A program made the translations under genes and the position numbers. From an uncultured Verrucomicrobiae bacterium (GTDB taxonomy: Bacteria > Chlamydiota > Chlamydiia > Chlamydiales > Rhabdochlamydiaceae), in the NCBI GenBank assembly GCA_963818965.1, contig CAWFUG010000009.1, positions 224,001 to 288,000 on the forward strand: 64,000 nucleotides of DNA, given 5' to 3'. Shown piece by piece: positions 9,347 to 19,780 of the stretch. Position 1 is the first letter of the stretch. Each line of letters begins with the position of its first letter. The notes under the pieces are model-generated. The model was not told where the DNA came from. It made no database searches and was given only the letters and a program-made list of their open reading frames with translations.

Positions 9347-10525
9347 TTAGAAATCGAGCTGAGCGGATAGGCTGATTCCTTGGTAGCCCAAATCTCCTGG
9401 CGTTGCAGAGAGTGTGTTAAAATTGGGATTGCCTGTAGGTTGCTGCCATTGGTTCTGGTTCATATACAGATGGTACTCGTAGGCCGCCTTTAGCGTGAGT
9501 CTAGCTCTACTCTCACAGGATCCAGAGCACCATTTGAGTCCCAAATCGAGATCGAAGACGGGTTTTTCTGTGCGGAAGCTATTTGCCAACAACCAGTCGC
9601 GTCCTGCGTTGGCTTCGCCTCCATTATTGAGCAATCCTTTTTCATGGACTTTGAAAAAGCCGAATAGAAGGGAAAAATCGACATCTCCGAAAATACTAAA
9701 TCCCCATTTGAGTTTCCAATCAGTACCTAATCCTGCGAGAAAACCGAATCCCCAAAATTGATTTTTGAGCATTGTGTCATTTGTCAATTCCACTCCTACT
9801 CCAGGGTCGAATCCGAAGACGATAGAACGGAATCTTTGAAAAATAAAGGTGGAGCGGGCGCCGACATGGGGTCTTAGGGTCAAGTGTTCCCCGACGAAAA
9901 ATTCCCGGCCTAACTCCAGATCGACCTGATCCAAATAGACTTTCCAAGAACCCTTTGCAGAGGTCGTAGCGACTCCCAAGAGCCCGCCTCCCGTTGCAGT
10001 GCCCCAGATTTGACTCACATTCGTGGTACCGTGGTCTTTTGCATGGCCTCGAGAGACATTTTTCATGTGTGTGTATTTAAGGCCAATATCCCATCGATCG
10101 TAGGGAATGTTATAACCCGCGCCTATTCTAAAGCCCCAATCCCATCCAAAATCGACATCGAGAATTTTATAGGAAATGGGCGCACGTCCGTTGGCAGGTA
10201 TTGCTCCGAGTGTAGTTTCTTGGGCGTAGTAGAGGTTATCTTCTACAGCTTGCCAAGCAAGCGCTTCTCCCATGACCCAAAGGTTCGTTCCCTCTTTTAC
10301 CATCGGCCTTACAGGAGTATTGATTCCTTCTGAGAACTTTTTTTTAGGATTTGTTTGCGTGGAAGGAGTCGAAGAGGGTGTGTTTTCCTGTTGATAGGCT
10401 AAGTGGTCATCCATCAGGTTTTCGATTTCAAAGGCTTCTTCTAGCTCTTGGTAGTAAGGTGATTCTGTCGCGAAACTGTACATACAGAGTGTTAAAAAAG
10501 CTGATGTTAAATAGGTCTTTTTCAT
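9347..10525 (-). CDS. Lpg1974/MOMP-like outer-membrane porin
   Basis: Signal peptide; WDWGFRIGAGY, D.ELGREF, LRPHVG, FWGFG motifs; C-terminal F (AQLDF). Confidence 0.8.
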   Translation of the reverse strand: MKKTYLTSAFLTLCMYSFATESPYYQELEEAFEIENLMDDHLAYQQENTPSSTPSTQTNPKKKFSEGINTPVRPMVKEGTNLWVMGEALAWQAVEDNLYYAQETTLGAIPANGRAPISYKILDVDFGWDWGFRIGAGYNIPYDRWDIGLKYTHMKNVSRGHAKDHGTTNVSQIWGTATGGGLLGVATTSAKGSWKVYLDQVDLELGREFFVGEHLTLRPHVGARSTFIFQRFRSIVFGFDPGVGVELTNDTMLKNQFWGFGFLAGLGTDWKLKWGFSIFGDVDFSLLFGFFKVHEKGLLNNGGEANAGRDWLLANSFRTEKPVFDLDLGLKWCSGSCESRARLTLKAAYEYHLYMNQNQWQQPTGNPNFNTLSATPGDLGYQGISLSAQLDF

Positions 10526-10564
10526 GCAATCCTCAAAAAGGGAAACTTTTTTTTCTTTTCCTTG

Positions 10565-10629
10565 TATACCCAAGTGGACTCAAAAGTTGGCGCGGCCCTA
10601 CGGCCAACTTTTGAGTCCACTTGGGTATA
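10565..10629. repeat. Palindromic element with 27-bp perfect arms (TATACCCAAGTG type)
   Basis: TATACCCAAGTGGACTCAAAAGTTGGC-GCGGCCCTACG-GCCAACTTTTGAGTCCACTTGGGTATA. Confidence 0.9.
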
Positions 10630-10757
10630 ACTGGTACCCTGAAAAACTGCAAACTGAATTTTTCAATCAAAAGTCACATCTTGGGTATTAATGGGATTAT
10701 TGGTAAGAAGAGAAATAGAACCTATGAAACCTTTTACTTGGGTATAAAGGGGACACG

Positions 10758-13383
10758 ATGCAGACAAAGGAACAGTTGCGGCTTACTGAGAATAAGGGAA
10801 ACGTACCTCCTTGGTACAAGTGGGGACCTTATGTCTCGGAGAGGGCTTGGGGAACCGTGCGGGAGGATTATAGTCCGAATGGAGACGCGTGGGCGTATTT
10901 TCCGTTTGATCGCGCTGCATCTAAGGTCTACCGATGGGGAGAGGATGGGATTGCGGGATGGTGTGATCGGTATCAGGTCCTCGTATTTGCCCCCGCTTTT
11001 TGGAACGGGGAGGATCCGATTTTAAAAGAGCGCCTGTTCGGGTTGGCGTCGACGGAGGGCAATCACGGAGAGGATGTGAAGGAGTATTATTACTACCTCG
11101 ATGGGACACCGACCCATTCTTACATGAAGTATTTGTATAAGTATCCTCAATCGAAATTTCCTTACGAAGAGCTGAAGGTGAAAAATAGTCAACGGGGGAC
11201 TTTTGATTCTGAGTTTGAATTAATCGATACGGGGATTTTTTCTGAGAATCGCTACTTTGATATTTTCATCGAATACGCGAAAGCCTCTGCAGAGGATATC
11301 TGCATCCGGATCGAAGTGTTCAATCGAGGAGATCGAGAATCTAGTTTGCACTTGTTACCGCAACTTTGGTTTCGCAACCAGTGGGCTTGGGGAGATGAGC
11401 GTCAGAAAGAGCCGAAAATCACCCACGTGAAGGGAAGCGGGGTTTGTCTTGTGGCAGATGATGAAGCGATGCCCTCGATGAGTAATCTGCAATTCGATTA
11501 CCACTTGGGAAAGCGGTATCTGTACGGCCCTGCAGAGGGAAAAGCTCTCTTTACGAATAATGAGGATGCTGCTGGTCAGCCGTATTTAAAAGATGCGTTT
11601 CATCGCGCTGTAGTGGGAAAAGAGAAGACTACAAACCCACAAGAGATAGGAACGAAAGCGTGTTTGCACTACACTTTGAATGTCCCGGCAAAGGGCTCTG
11701 TCGTCTTGGAGTTGCGGTTGACGGATCAAGAGATGAAACATCCCTTAGAGGATGTCGCGAAGATCGTGGCGCTACGCAAGCAGGAAGCAGATGAATTTTA
11801 TGCGACGGTGCAGCCTCACAAAGCGACGGAAGAAGAGCGCTCGATTCAACGGATGGCATTTGCGGGGATGCTCTGGAACAAGCAGATCTACCTCTACGAT
11901 GTCAATCAGTGGCTAGAGGGGGATAATACGCGGGCAAAGCCGCCTGCTTCCCGTTTGGGCATCCGGAATGTCCACTGGCGTCACTTGAATTCGATGCGGA
12001 TTTTGTCGATGCCCGATAAGTGGGAATATCCTTGGTTTGCCGCATGGGATCTCGCCTTTCATTGTATTACCATTGGCTTGATCGATATCGAGTTTGCAAA
12101 AGACCAGCTTTGGTTTTTGCTCTTCGATCAATTCCAGCACCCTAATGGGGCGATTCCCGCTTATGAATGGGAGTTCTCCGATCTCAATCCTCCCGTTTTT
12201 GCGTGGGCTGTGTTGCGCCTGTATCAGATGCAGCTGCAGCAGACGGGAAGTGGCGATACGCTCTTTTTGAATAAGTGCTTTTCCAAGCTGCTCATGAACT
12301 TCGCCTGGTGGGTGAATAAAGTGGATAGCTCGGGGAACAACGTGTTCGAAGGGGGATTTTTGGGGCTCGATAACATCACGATCCTCGACCGTTCTAAGCC
12401 CTTTACCGATGGGACTATCCTCAAGCAATCGGATGGAACGGGGTGGATGGCGAAATTTTGTTTGGATCTGATGCGCATGGCGCTCGAGCTGGCTAAGACA
12501 TCGCCAAGCTATGAAGTGATGGCGACTAAATTCTTCCAACACTTCATCTATATCGCCGATGCGATGAAGCGGATGGGGGATAAAAACTACGGCCTATGGA
12601 ACGAAGAAGATCACTTTTTCTACGACGTTCTCGCTTATCCCGATGGAAAAGTCTCTGAATTCCGCGTGCGCTCACTCGTCGGACTCATTCCCCTTTTCGC
12701 TGTCGAAGTTTTGCATGAGGAGGAATTTGCCCGCTTTCCTGAATTTAAAAAGACGTTCGATTGGTTTTTAGAGAACAGACAGGAATTGACGAAGGATGTC
12801 GTCCTCCCCATCGAAAAACACAAGCAAAAGGGTTATATTCTGACACTCGTCGATGAGTCCCACTTGAGAAAGATTTTAAAATACGTGTGGGATCCCGAAG
12901 AATTTCGCTCTCCCTACGGATTGAGGAGTCTCTCGAAATACCATGAGAAGAATCCTTTCCATTACCGCGATCGGAGCGTGCAATATGAACCCGCAGAATC
13001 TTTGGACCGACTCAAAGGGGGCAACTCCAACTGGCGCGGACCCATTTGGACTGTTCCGACCTATCTGCTCACGATTTCATTGAAGAAATTCGGTGAGGCG
13101 TTTGATGGGGATTTTGGGCATCGCAGTGGATAAACAGCATCCGATTGGACTCAATGCCATGGCACAATCGTTTGCAGAGAGCATCATCGCCATTTTCAAG
13201 CGCGATAAAAGGGGGATTCGCCCCGTCTTTGGAGAGAACTTCCCCTTTACCAACGATCCTAACTGGGATGATTACTTTCTCTTCTACGAGTATTTCCACG
13301 GGGACACAGGCAAGGGCCTCGGCGCTTCCCATCAAACAGGCTGGACCGGCCTCGTTGCCAATTTCATCCAGGAGTATCGGTAG
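10758..13383 (+). pseudogene. GH63/MGH1-like glycoside hydrolase split by a single frameshift near 13107-13115
   Basis: WGPYVSERAWGTVREDYS, MPDKWEYPWFAAWD and NSNWRGPIW in 10758..13133; the family C-terminus (FYEYFHGDTGKGLGASHQTGWTGLVA) is in the overlapping frame ending 13383. Confidence 0.8.
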
Positions 13384-13438
13384 AGTGGGAGCTATTGCAA
13401 TATAAGCAAAAATCGCTTATACCCGAACGCCTTCGTGC

Positions 13439-13534
13439 GGCGTTGTTGCATAAAGGGAAGATAATAACCACAGAGAGCACAGAGGACACAGAGAGAAAAA
13501 CAAAAAAAATGCCCCTCTCTGTGGTCTCTGTGGT
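13439..13534. repeat. Orphan IS903-like terminal repeat followed by CACAGAG/CTCTGTG repeats
   Basis: GGCGTTGTTGCATAAA at 13439-13454 is identical to the IS left end at 42874; then ACCACAGAGAGCACAGAGGACACAGAG...CTCTGTGGTCTCTGTGGT. Confidence 0.75.
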
Positions 13535-13948
13535 ATATAGTGCTTCCAGTTCCAAAGGCACCCAACCTCATTTGAATCAAGGGTTAATATTAATTCAATA
13601 TTAATCTTTATTCGAATTTAGACTTTCATTTTGTACGATTATGGAAGGTATATAATCCCAACCTGGTCAAGTTAATCTACAGGTGTCTATAACAGTCATC
13701 AATTGTATGTAACCTTATATGCAGATAGAACCGTCCAGGACTACCTCGAAAAAATCTCCAACATGTATCGAAATACTGATTGTATAGCGTCATGTCTCTA
13801 CAAACCTTCCACAAGCGCTCTATTGGGTATTAAATTCGGGGAGTAAGGCGGTAGGTAATGCAATCTCGATTCGAGACCCCTTCAAACAATCGTGAAGTAA
13901 GGAGATGTTCTCGCTGAGGCTTGTTGAAGATTTTCTACGAGTTTTTAT

Positions 13949-14878
13949 TTGGAACTATTCCAACGTGCAGAGAACGAGTACTCTGAAACGAAAATGAATG
14001 CATTGGACTATGCCATTTATCATATGAGAGATTTTGAAGAGCTCCACATAGACGTGATCGAGGAATTATTCAGAAAAGGCATCCAAGTTACGGATATGAG
14101 TGGATCCACGCCATTCGAGCATTTAAAAAAATGGAAAAGTTTATGTCCGGACCCTTTGTTAACACTATTCACAGGCAATATTAACTCATGTGGACAGGAG
14201 GTAGAATTAAGTGAAAACGAAGAAGGGGAAGTGAGCTTAGGAATTGATGTATGGATGAACGTAAAAAAAGGCATAAAACTGTACGACGGTCCTAATTTCA
14301 AACTGCAGCGTCTCTCTGAATATGCTCAAGTGGAAAGAAAATATGTACCTGATTCTTCTTCTTTTTTGACGTTCAAAGAATTTAAAAAAGAGCTTTACAT
14401 GCTTGAAAGTCTATTTAAGTGCGTTAAGTTCACCGCCCTGAAAGATACAATCTGTATCTTTGGAATGAAGTCTTATAAAACAGAAGACCCCAAAGGTAAT
14501 GAACTTTCTTCTGAGAGTGAGGATGCCAGCGCATCTTCTGAAATAGAAGACCCCAAAGGTAATGAACCCTCTTCTGAGAGTGAGGATATCAGCGCATCTT
14601 CTGATGAGAAAGAATCGTATGATATAGCAGCGGATTCTCAGGGAAGATCGATCATTTTAGGTCTTTTCCACGATACAATTTCCCTCTACAATGAAGCATT
14701 TACTGTTTTAGTCAGAGAAGGAACATTTGACGCCTGTTTTACCCAAAAGAAAATTAAGAAGTACACGGCTCTGTTAGATCAGATCACAAAAATATTTCCG
14801 ATCGATTCTGCCCAACTCGATGCCGCTTTTCAAGATGAAATCCGCGCAGGGGTCGATGCTGCTTTCGGAAAAGTTTAA
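13949..14878 (+). CDS. Hypothetical acidic protein, possibly the surviving 3' part of a decayed gene
   Basis: 309-aa ORF; start uncertain; upstream frame interrupted by stops. Confidence 0.5.
   Translation: MELFQRAENEYSETKMNALDYAIYHMRDFEELHIDVIEELFRKGIQVTDMSGSTPFEHLKKWKSLCPDPLLTLFTGNINSCGQEVELSENEEGEVSLGIDVWMNVKKGIKLYDGPNFKLQRLSEYAQVERKYVPDSSSFLTFKEFKKELYMLESLFKCVKFTALKDTICIFGMKSYKTEDPKGNELSSESEDASASSEIEDPKGNEPSSESEDISASSDEKESYDIAADSQGRSIILGLFHDTISLYNEAFTVLVREGTFDACFTQKKIKKYTALLDQITKIFPIDSAQLDAAFQDEIRAGVDAAFGKV
14482..14604 (+). repeat. 63-bp tandem duplication inside a CDS
   Basis: Two copies encoding EDPKGNE(L/P)SSESED(A/I)SASS starting at 14482 and 14545. Confidence 0.9.
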
Positions 14879-14903
14879 AAAGCACACCCAAATTCACTTC
14901 AAC

Positions 14904-15776
14904 TCACTTGGGCTCACTCGGCTTCTGCTGCACCACGGTCAAGATGCCGCCGAGGGTCACTAGGGCGATTCCAATCCAGCCCCAACTATCGGGGACGACA
15001 CCCCAGAATTGCCACTGGATGAGCCCCGAAAAGACGATCACGGAATAATTGAACGGTCCTAAGAGAGTGGGGCTTGCGTACTGATAAGCCTGTGCGATGG
15101 CGAGCTGAATCCATCCCAGCAGAAATCCCATGGCGATTAGGAGCAGCCATTGCGTCTGATTGAGTGGGATCCATTGAATGATCATCAGAGGAAGCGTGAA
15201 GAGCGATGCGATGAAAAAGTAATAGAAGAGGATGCTCAGCACTGGCTCTGTTTGTTTCAAATTTCTGACGGCCTGAAGGGCGATGGCGGAGAATAGGCTC
15301 GCTAGCAATGCAATAAAGTCCATTGAATTTTTCAGTAAACCCTCTGAAGGGTTGAGGATAAAAAAGACCCCGATAAACCCCAAGATGAGACTTGCCCAAA
15401 CCGTGAGCGAGACCTTTTCTTTTACCCAAAAGATGGCCACAAGGGGAAGGAAGAGGGGGGCTGAGTTACCGAGTAAGTTTGCATTGATGAGTGAGATGTA
15501 TTTGATCGCGATAAAAAAGCAAGCGTAAGAGAGAAGGCCTGTAATCGCTCGAAACAGATGAAGGGGCAAGCGGTTTGTGCGCAATGTTGTGATTTGCCGC
15601 ATCAAAATAAAAGGGACTAAAAGCAACAGTGCGACCAAATTTTGCGAAAAGAGAACGATGCCGATCGGCACTGTTTGCATGACGACTTTACCGATCGCAC
15701 TCAGGATCGATGAAAAGAAAAATGCCAGGAGGATGAGAGAGATCCCGAGGAGATGTCTTCGCGATATCATGAGCAT
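14904..15776 (-). CDS. DMT/EamA family transporter
   Basis: About 10 hydrophobic helices, two EamA-like halves; GGAGG RBS before ATG 15776. Confidence 0.85.
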   Translation of the reverse strand: MLMISRRHLLGISLILLAFFFSSILSAIGKVVMQTVPIGIVLFSQNLVALLLLVPFILMRQITTLRTNRLPLHLFRAITGLLSYACFFIAIKYISLINANLLGNSAPLFLPLVAIFWVKEKVSLTVWASLILGFIGVFFILNPSEGLLKNSMDFIALLASLFSAIALQAVRNLKQTEPVLSILFYYFFIASLFTLPLMIIQWIPLNQTQWLLLIAMGFLLGWIQLAIAQAYQYASPTLLGPFNYSVIVFSGLIQWQFWGVVPDSWGWIGIALVTLGGILTVVQQKPSEPK

Positions 15777-15867
15777 GGGAGCCTCCCTTTTTTGATCATA
15801 AGGATGCATACTCATTTTTGCAAGATTGGACCCAGTGCCCACAACCCGCAACGTTTATAGTGAACTC

Positions 15868-15922
15868 AAAAATTGGCCGTAGGGCCGCTTGATAAGCTCC
15901 CGCGATTGAGTTGCCAAAGAGG
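15868..15922. repeat. Half copy of the palindromic element family
   Basis: TTGGCCGTAGGGCCGC...AAGCTCCCGCGATTGAG is similar to the reverse complement of 37485-37540. Confidence 0.6.
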
Positions 15923-15935
15923 CGTGTTGTCTTAT

Positions 15936-16028
15936 TACCCCGCGCGCTTGAGGATGGTGCATTCGAGCCTTTGATCAGCCCCCGCAGTTCGACGCGCTCA
16001 AATGCACCATCCTCAAGCACGTGGGGTA
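15936..16028. repeat. Palindromic element with 33-bp arms (3 mismatches)
   Basis: TACCCCGCGCGCTTGAGGATGGTGCATTCGAGC...GCTCAAATGCACCATCCTCAAGCACGTGGGGTA. Confidence 0.85.
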
Positions 16029-16037
16029 TAAATGCCC

Positions 16038-16066
16038 TTGACGATTAGTCGTTTACGCGATAGGAT
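16038..16066 (+). promoter_or_regulatory. Sigma70/66-type promoter
   Basis: TTGACG-17 nt-TAGGAT upstream of ATG 16094. Confidence 0.55.
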
Positions 16067-16093
16067 TCGCCAAACGAACCTTAAGGAAATCTT

Positions 16094-16807
16094 ATGAAAA
16101 GACTCGCGCACATCTCCCTTTTGCTGACACTGTTTTGTTCTCTGCATGCCAACTACAACGAGAAAGAGTACCATCATCTCAATGAAATAGCCTTAAAGGC
16201 GGGAGCGGACAAAGGATCGAGCTTCCACAATTACACAGAATGTTACTCACAGTACTTCGCTCCTCTTAGGGACAAGCCGATTAAATTTCTAGAAATCGGC
16301 ATCTATCAAGGCTCTAGTGTAAAAATGTGGGAAGAGTATTTTCCCACCGCAGACCTGCATTTTATCGACATTACCTTTGACAATGTGCAGTATCGTTCCG
16401 ATAGATCTCGGTATTACCTATGCGATCAGAACAACTCTGCACAGCTCCTCGATTTCATTCAGTCTAGCGGAGGCAATTTCGATGTCATCTTGGACGATGG
16501 GGGGCATACGATGAGCCAGCAAATTACGAGCTTTTGCACCCTGTTTCCGCATGTAAAGAGCGGCGGGATGTATATCATCGAAGATTTGCACACTTCTTAC
16601 TGGAGCTTATTTGGAGGAGGGGGAACCGATTCTACGATTCATTTCCTGAAATCTCTGATTGACGAGGTGAACTATGTCGGAGCTAAGACATCTCGAGCAA
16701 GCCACCGCGACCTTCCCTCTTCTCTTTTGGATGAATTGAACCTCTATCAAAAGCAGATCTATTCGATCCACTTCTACGACAGCGTAGCAATAATCATTAA
16801 AAGGTAA
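16094..16807 (+). CDS. Class I SAM-dependent O-methyltransferase-like protein with signal-like N-terminus
   Basis: ADK...HNY, FLEIGI, FDVILDDGGH, GGMYIIEDLHTSYW. Confidence 0.8.
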   Translation: MKRLAHISLLLTLFCSLHANYNEKEYHHLNEIALKAGADKGSSFHNYTECYSQYFAPLRDKPIKFLEIGIYQGSSVKMWEEYFPTADLHFIDITFDNVQYRSDRSRYYLCDQNNSAQLLDFIQSSGGNFDVILDDGGHTMSQQITSFCTLFPHVKSGGMYIIEDLHTSYWSLFGGGGTDSTIHFLKSLIDEVNYVGAKTSRASHRDLPSSLLDELNLYQKQIYSIHFYDSVAIIIKR

Positions 16808-16823
16808 CGCATACCCGTAGCGC

Positions 16824-16951
16824 GCCCGAGTGCATATACCGCTTCCACCTTAATCGTACCCAAGAAAACCGAATGAAAAGTTCTCAATTTGAGGCTTTTA
16901 ATCGGTTTGCTTGTGGTTACGATTGAGGTGGAAGGGGATATATACTCGGGC
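16824..16951. repeat. Long imperfect palindrome between convergent genes
   Basis: GCCCGAGTGCATATACCGCTTCCACCTTAATCGTA...TACGATTGAGGTGGAAGGGGATATATACTCGGGC. Confidence 0.8.
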
Positions 16952-18685
16952 TTATTTCTTGAGGAATGCGCGGACTTTGGCGAGAGGGAGTGTATTGAAG
17001 ACATTTTCCTTTTGGAGCCAGCCTTTGCGGGCGCTATTGATTCCTGCGGCGCAGTAGCGTAGATCTGTGGTGGAGTGTGCATCGGGATTGATGCAGCACT
17101 TGAGCCCTTTTTCTGCGGCGCGGATCCACAGGCGCCAATCCATATCAAGGCGCATGGGGTGGGCGTTGAGTTCCATGATTTTTCCGTTGGCGATACAGGC
17201 ATCGATCACTTTCGCGGCATTGAGAGCATAAGGCTCTCGCTTGAGGAGCAGTCTTCCTGTCAGGTGCCCTAGCATCGTCGCATAGGGGTTTTCGATCGCT
17301 TTGATGAGGCGTTTGGTCATCGCCTTTTCTTCCATGCGAAAGGAGCGATGCACGGAGACGATCGCAAAATCGAGTTGCTTTAAGAGAGAATCGGGAAAGT
17401 CGAGTTTTCCATCCGTCAAAATATCGCACTCCAGTCCTGAAAAGATATAAGGGGAGAACTTTTTCGATCGGTTGAGTTGTTGGATCTGGTGGATCTGTTT
17501 GAGGAGCTGCTCCTCATTCATGCCATTGGCTTGGAAACTACTCTGGGAATGGTCGGAGATGCCGATGTACTTCCAATGTAACTTTTCTGCAGCCGCCACC
17601 ATTTCTTCAAGGGTATTGTGGCCATCAGAGGCAGTCGTGTGGCAATGAAAGGCTCCCGTGAGATCCTTTTCTTCAATGAGATGGGGGAGCTTTCCCTTGC
17701 GAGCTGCTTCAATCTCCCCGCGGTCTTCTCGCAATTCAGGAGGGATGAACTCTAGGCCTAGGAAATGGTAGATATCTTCCTCTGTGGGGTTCTTTTTCTT
17801 TAAAGGTGTCTTTTTATGAGCCTTGTCTAGAGGCTCGAGACCATATTCACTCAGGCTCCATCCCTTTGCATTGGCCAATTGCCGAACGCGGATGTTGTGT
17901 TCTTTAGAACCTGTGAAATACAGGAACGCGTAGCCAAATTCTGCTTCAGAGATGACGCGAAGATCAGCTTGTAGCCCTTGCTTGAGACGTACCGTCGCTT
18001 TTGTCGGACCCTTGGCGGTAACTTTTGACACCCAAGGCTGTTGAGTGAACCAATCGATCACTTCGCGCGCTTTAGAAGAAGCCACGAGGATATCCAGATC
18101 TCCGATCGTTTCCAATCTGCGCCGAAAGCTACCGGCGATTTCCACTTTCTTCACGGCTTTGAGGGAAGAAAAAGCTTTGAGGAGGGTGTCGACTAAAGGG
18201 ACGGCATCCCACCAGAGCATTCTCTTGGCGTAGGTTTTGATCTTTGCGAGGTTGTCCAAGATGCTCTTTTGCGTCTTTGCCCCAAAGCCGGAAAGTGTTG
18301 CGATTTTTCCTCTAACGGCCGCTTTTTTTAAATCTTGGACCGTCTTGATTTTTAATTTTTCGCGCAGGAGTTTGACTTTTTTCGCCCCCAGTCCCGGAAC
18401 TTCGAGAAGCTTGAGCACTCCTGCGGGGATTGTCTTTTTTAATTTTGTATAGGCGGGGAGTTTGCCTGTACGGAACAGCGTTTCGATCTTTTCTGCCATA
18501 TGAGATCCGATCCCAGGGATTTCTTCGAGCCGTTCCTCTGCGACGAGGCGTTCGAGATTTTCTTCCAGGTTTTCAAGGGCGCGCGCGGCGTTATGGTAGG
18601 CGCGCACTTTGAAGGGGTTCTCTCCTTCCAAATTTAGCAGAGTCCCCATCTCGTCTAGAATATGTGCAATTGTATGTTTATCCAT
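16952..18685 (-). CDS. polX: DNA polymerase X with C-terminal PHP domain
   Basis: ENPFKVRAY, HhH motifs, AGSFRR, GDLDILV, YFTGSKEHN; PHP motifs HCHTTASDG, SDHS, DAH. Confidence 0.93.
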   Translation of the reverse strand: MDKHTIAHILDEMGTLLNLEGENPFKVRAYHNAARALENLEENLERLVAEERLEEIPGIGSHMAEKIETLFRTGKLPAYTKLKKTIPAGVLKLLEVPGLGAKKVKLLREKLKIKTVQDLKKAAVRGKIATLSGFGAKTQKSILDNLAKIKTYAKRMLWWDAVPLVDTLLKAFSSLKAVKKVEIAGSFRRRLETIGDLDILVASSKAREVIDWFTQQPWVSKVTAKGPTKATVRLKQGLQADLRVISEAEFGYAFLYFTGSKEHNIRVRQLANAKGWSLSEYGLEPLDKAHKKTPLKKKNPTEEDIYHFLGLEFIPPELREDRGEIEAARKGKLPHLIEEKDLTGAFHCHTTASDGHNTLEEMVAAAEKLHWKYIGISDHSQSSFQANGMNEEQLLKQIHQIQQLNRSKKFSPYIFSGLECDILTDGKLDFPDSLLKQLDFAIVSVHRSFRMEEKAMTKRLIKAIENPYATMLGHLTGRLLLKREPYALNAAKVIDACIANGKIMELNAHPMRLDMDWRLWIRAAEKGLKCCINPDAHSTTDLRYCAAGINSARKGWLQKENVFNTLPLAKVRAFLKK

Positions 18686-18710
18686 AAATAGGGTTGATAC
18701 CACATTCGGC

Positions 18711-18743
18711 TATACCTAAGTGAGCTCAAAAGTTGGGTATATA
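18711..18743. repeat. 33-bp short dispersed element
   Basis: TATACCTAAGTGAGCTCAAAAGTTGGGTATATA; 32/33 identical to the reverse complement of 35944-35976. Confidence 0.85.
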
Positions 18744-18804
18744 ATCATCGGTTGAAAAAAAAGATCTGGAGGAATAGATTTTCTTGAATAAAGGAGAAAT
18801 GGGA

Positions 18805-19719
18805 ATGAGTTTATCCACGCCGAAACTGAGAGGGTACCTGATGGTCCTGGCATCTGCCCTCTGTTTTGGTACCTATGGGGTATGGTCGCGTTTTCTCGGA
18901 CCTGAATTTGGCATCTTTTATCAGGGGTGGGTGCGCAGCATCATCATTCTCATCCTATTAGTGCCCATTGCGATCTTCGGTAAGCACCTAAAACCGATTA
19001 AGAAGGGGGATCGGAAGTGGTTTGCAACCACGATGATTTTTACCGTTTTTACCCAGGTGCCACTCTATTATGCATTCAACCATCTTCCATTGGGAACGGC
19101 TACACTGATTTTTTATGGGTTATTCCTGATTTCCTCTTATGTGATTGGCTGGATTTTCCTCGGTGAAAAAATGACAGTGGTTAAGATTGTCTCCCTCGTA
19201 ACAGCTCTTGTTGGACTCTTTATCACGTTTGGCCTGTCATTGGCTGTTTTTTCTATCGGAGCTATGCTTCTCGCTGCTTTAAATGGGATTGCAAGTGGGG
19301 GAGAAGCGGCCACGAGTAAAAAATCGACGGAACGCTACTCTTCCCTTCAAATCACTGCCTATTCATGGATACTGATCCTCATCACACATCTTCCGCTGTC
19401 ATTGATGATGCAGGAGCATCAGCTGATGCCCGCTTTGAGTTGGGAGTGGCTAGCTATGTTAGCTTACGCCGCTTCGGGGCTGGCTGGATTTTGGCTCGTG
19501 ATTGAGGGCTTTAGATTTATCGAAGCGAGCATCGGCAGCTTAATCGGATTGCTCGAGATTATTTTCAGCGTTTTATTTGGCGTCTGGATTTTTAATGATC
19601 AGTTAAGCACTCCTATTGTTTTGGGTGGTCTGATCATTCTCGCTTCAGCGATCTTGCCCGATGTTTATTCTCTGCTGCATCCGAAGTCAAAACCCATTCC
19701 ACCTCCACCGCCTCTATGA
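18805..19719 (+). CDS. DMT/EamA family transporter
   Basis: About 10 TM helices, two repeats; AGGAG RBS. Confidence 0.85.
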   Translation: MSLSTPKLRGYLMVLASALCFGTYGVWSRFLGPEFGIFYQGWVRSIIILILLVPIAIFGKHLKPIKKGDRKWFATTMIFTVFTQVPLYYAFNHLPLGTATLIFYGLFLISSYVIGWIFLGEKMTVVKIVSLVTALVGLFITFGLSLAVFSIGAMLLAALNGIASGGEAATSKKSTERYSSLQITAYSWILILITHLPLSLMMQEHQLMPALSWEWLAMLAYAASGLAGFWLVIEGFRFIEASIGSLIGLLEIIFSVLFGVWIFNDQLSTPIVLGGLIILASAILPDVYSLLHPKSKPIPPPPPL

Positions 19720-19780
19720 GTTTAATAATACCAATGTACCCCAAAAACTGGACAATTTTTGGGGCTTGCTACAGGGCGGG

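Noticed and set aside
13093..13383. Independent 96-aa gene or programmed frameshift
   Set aside because: It is the GH63 C-terminus; no canonical slippery heptamer or stimulatory structure is evident.
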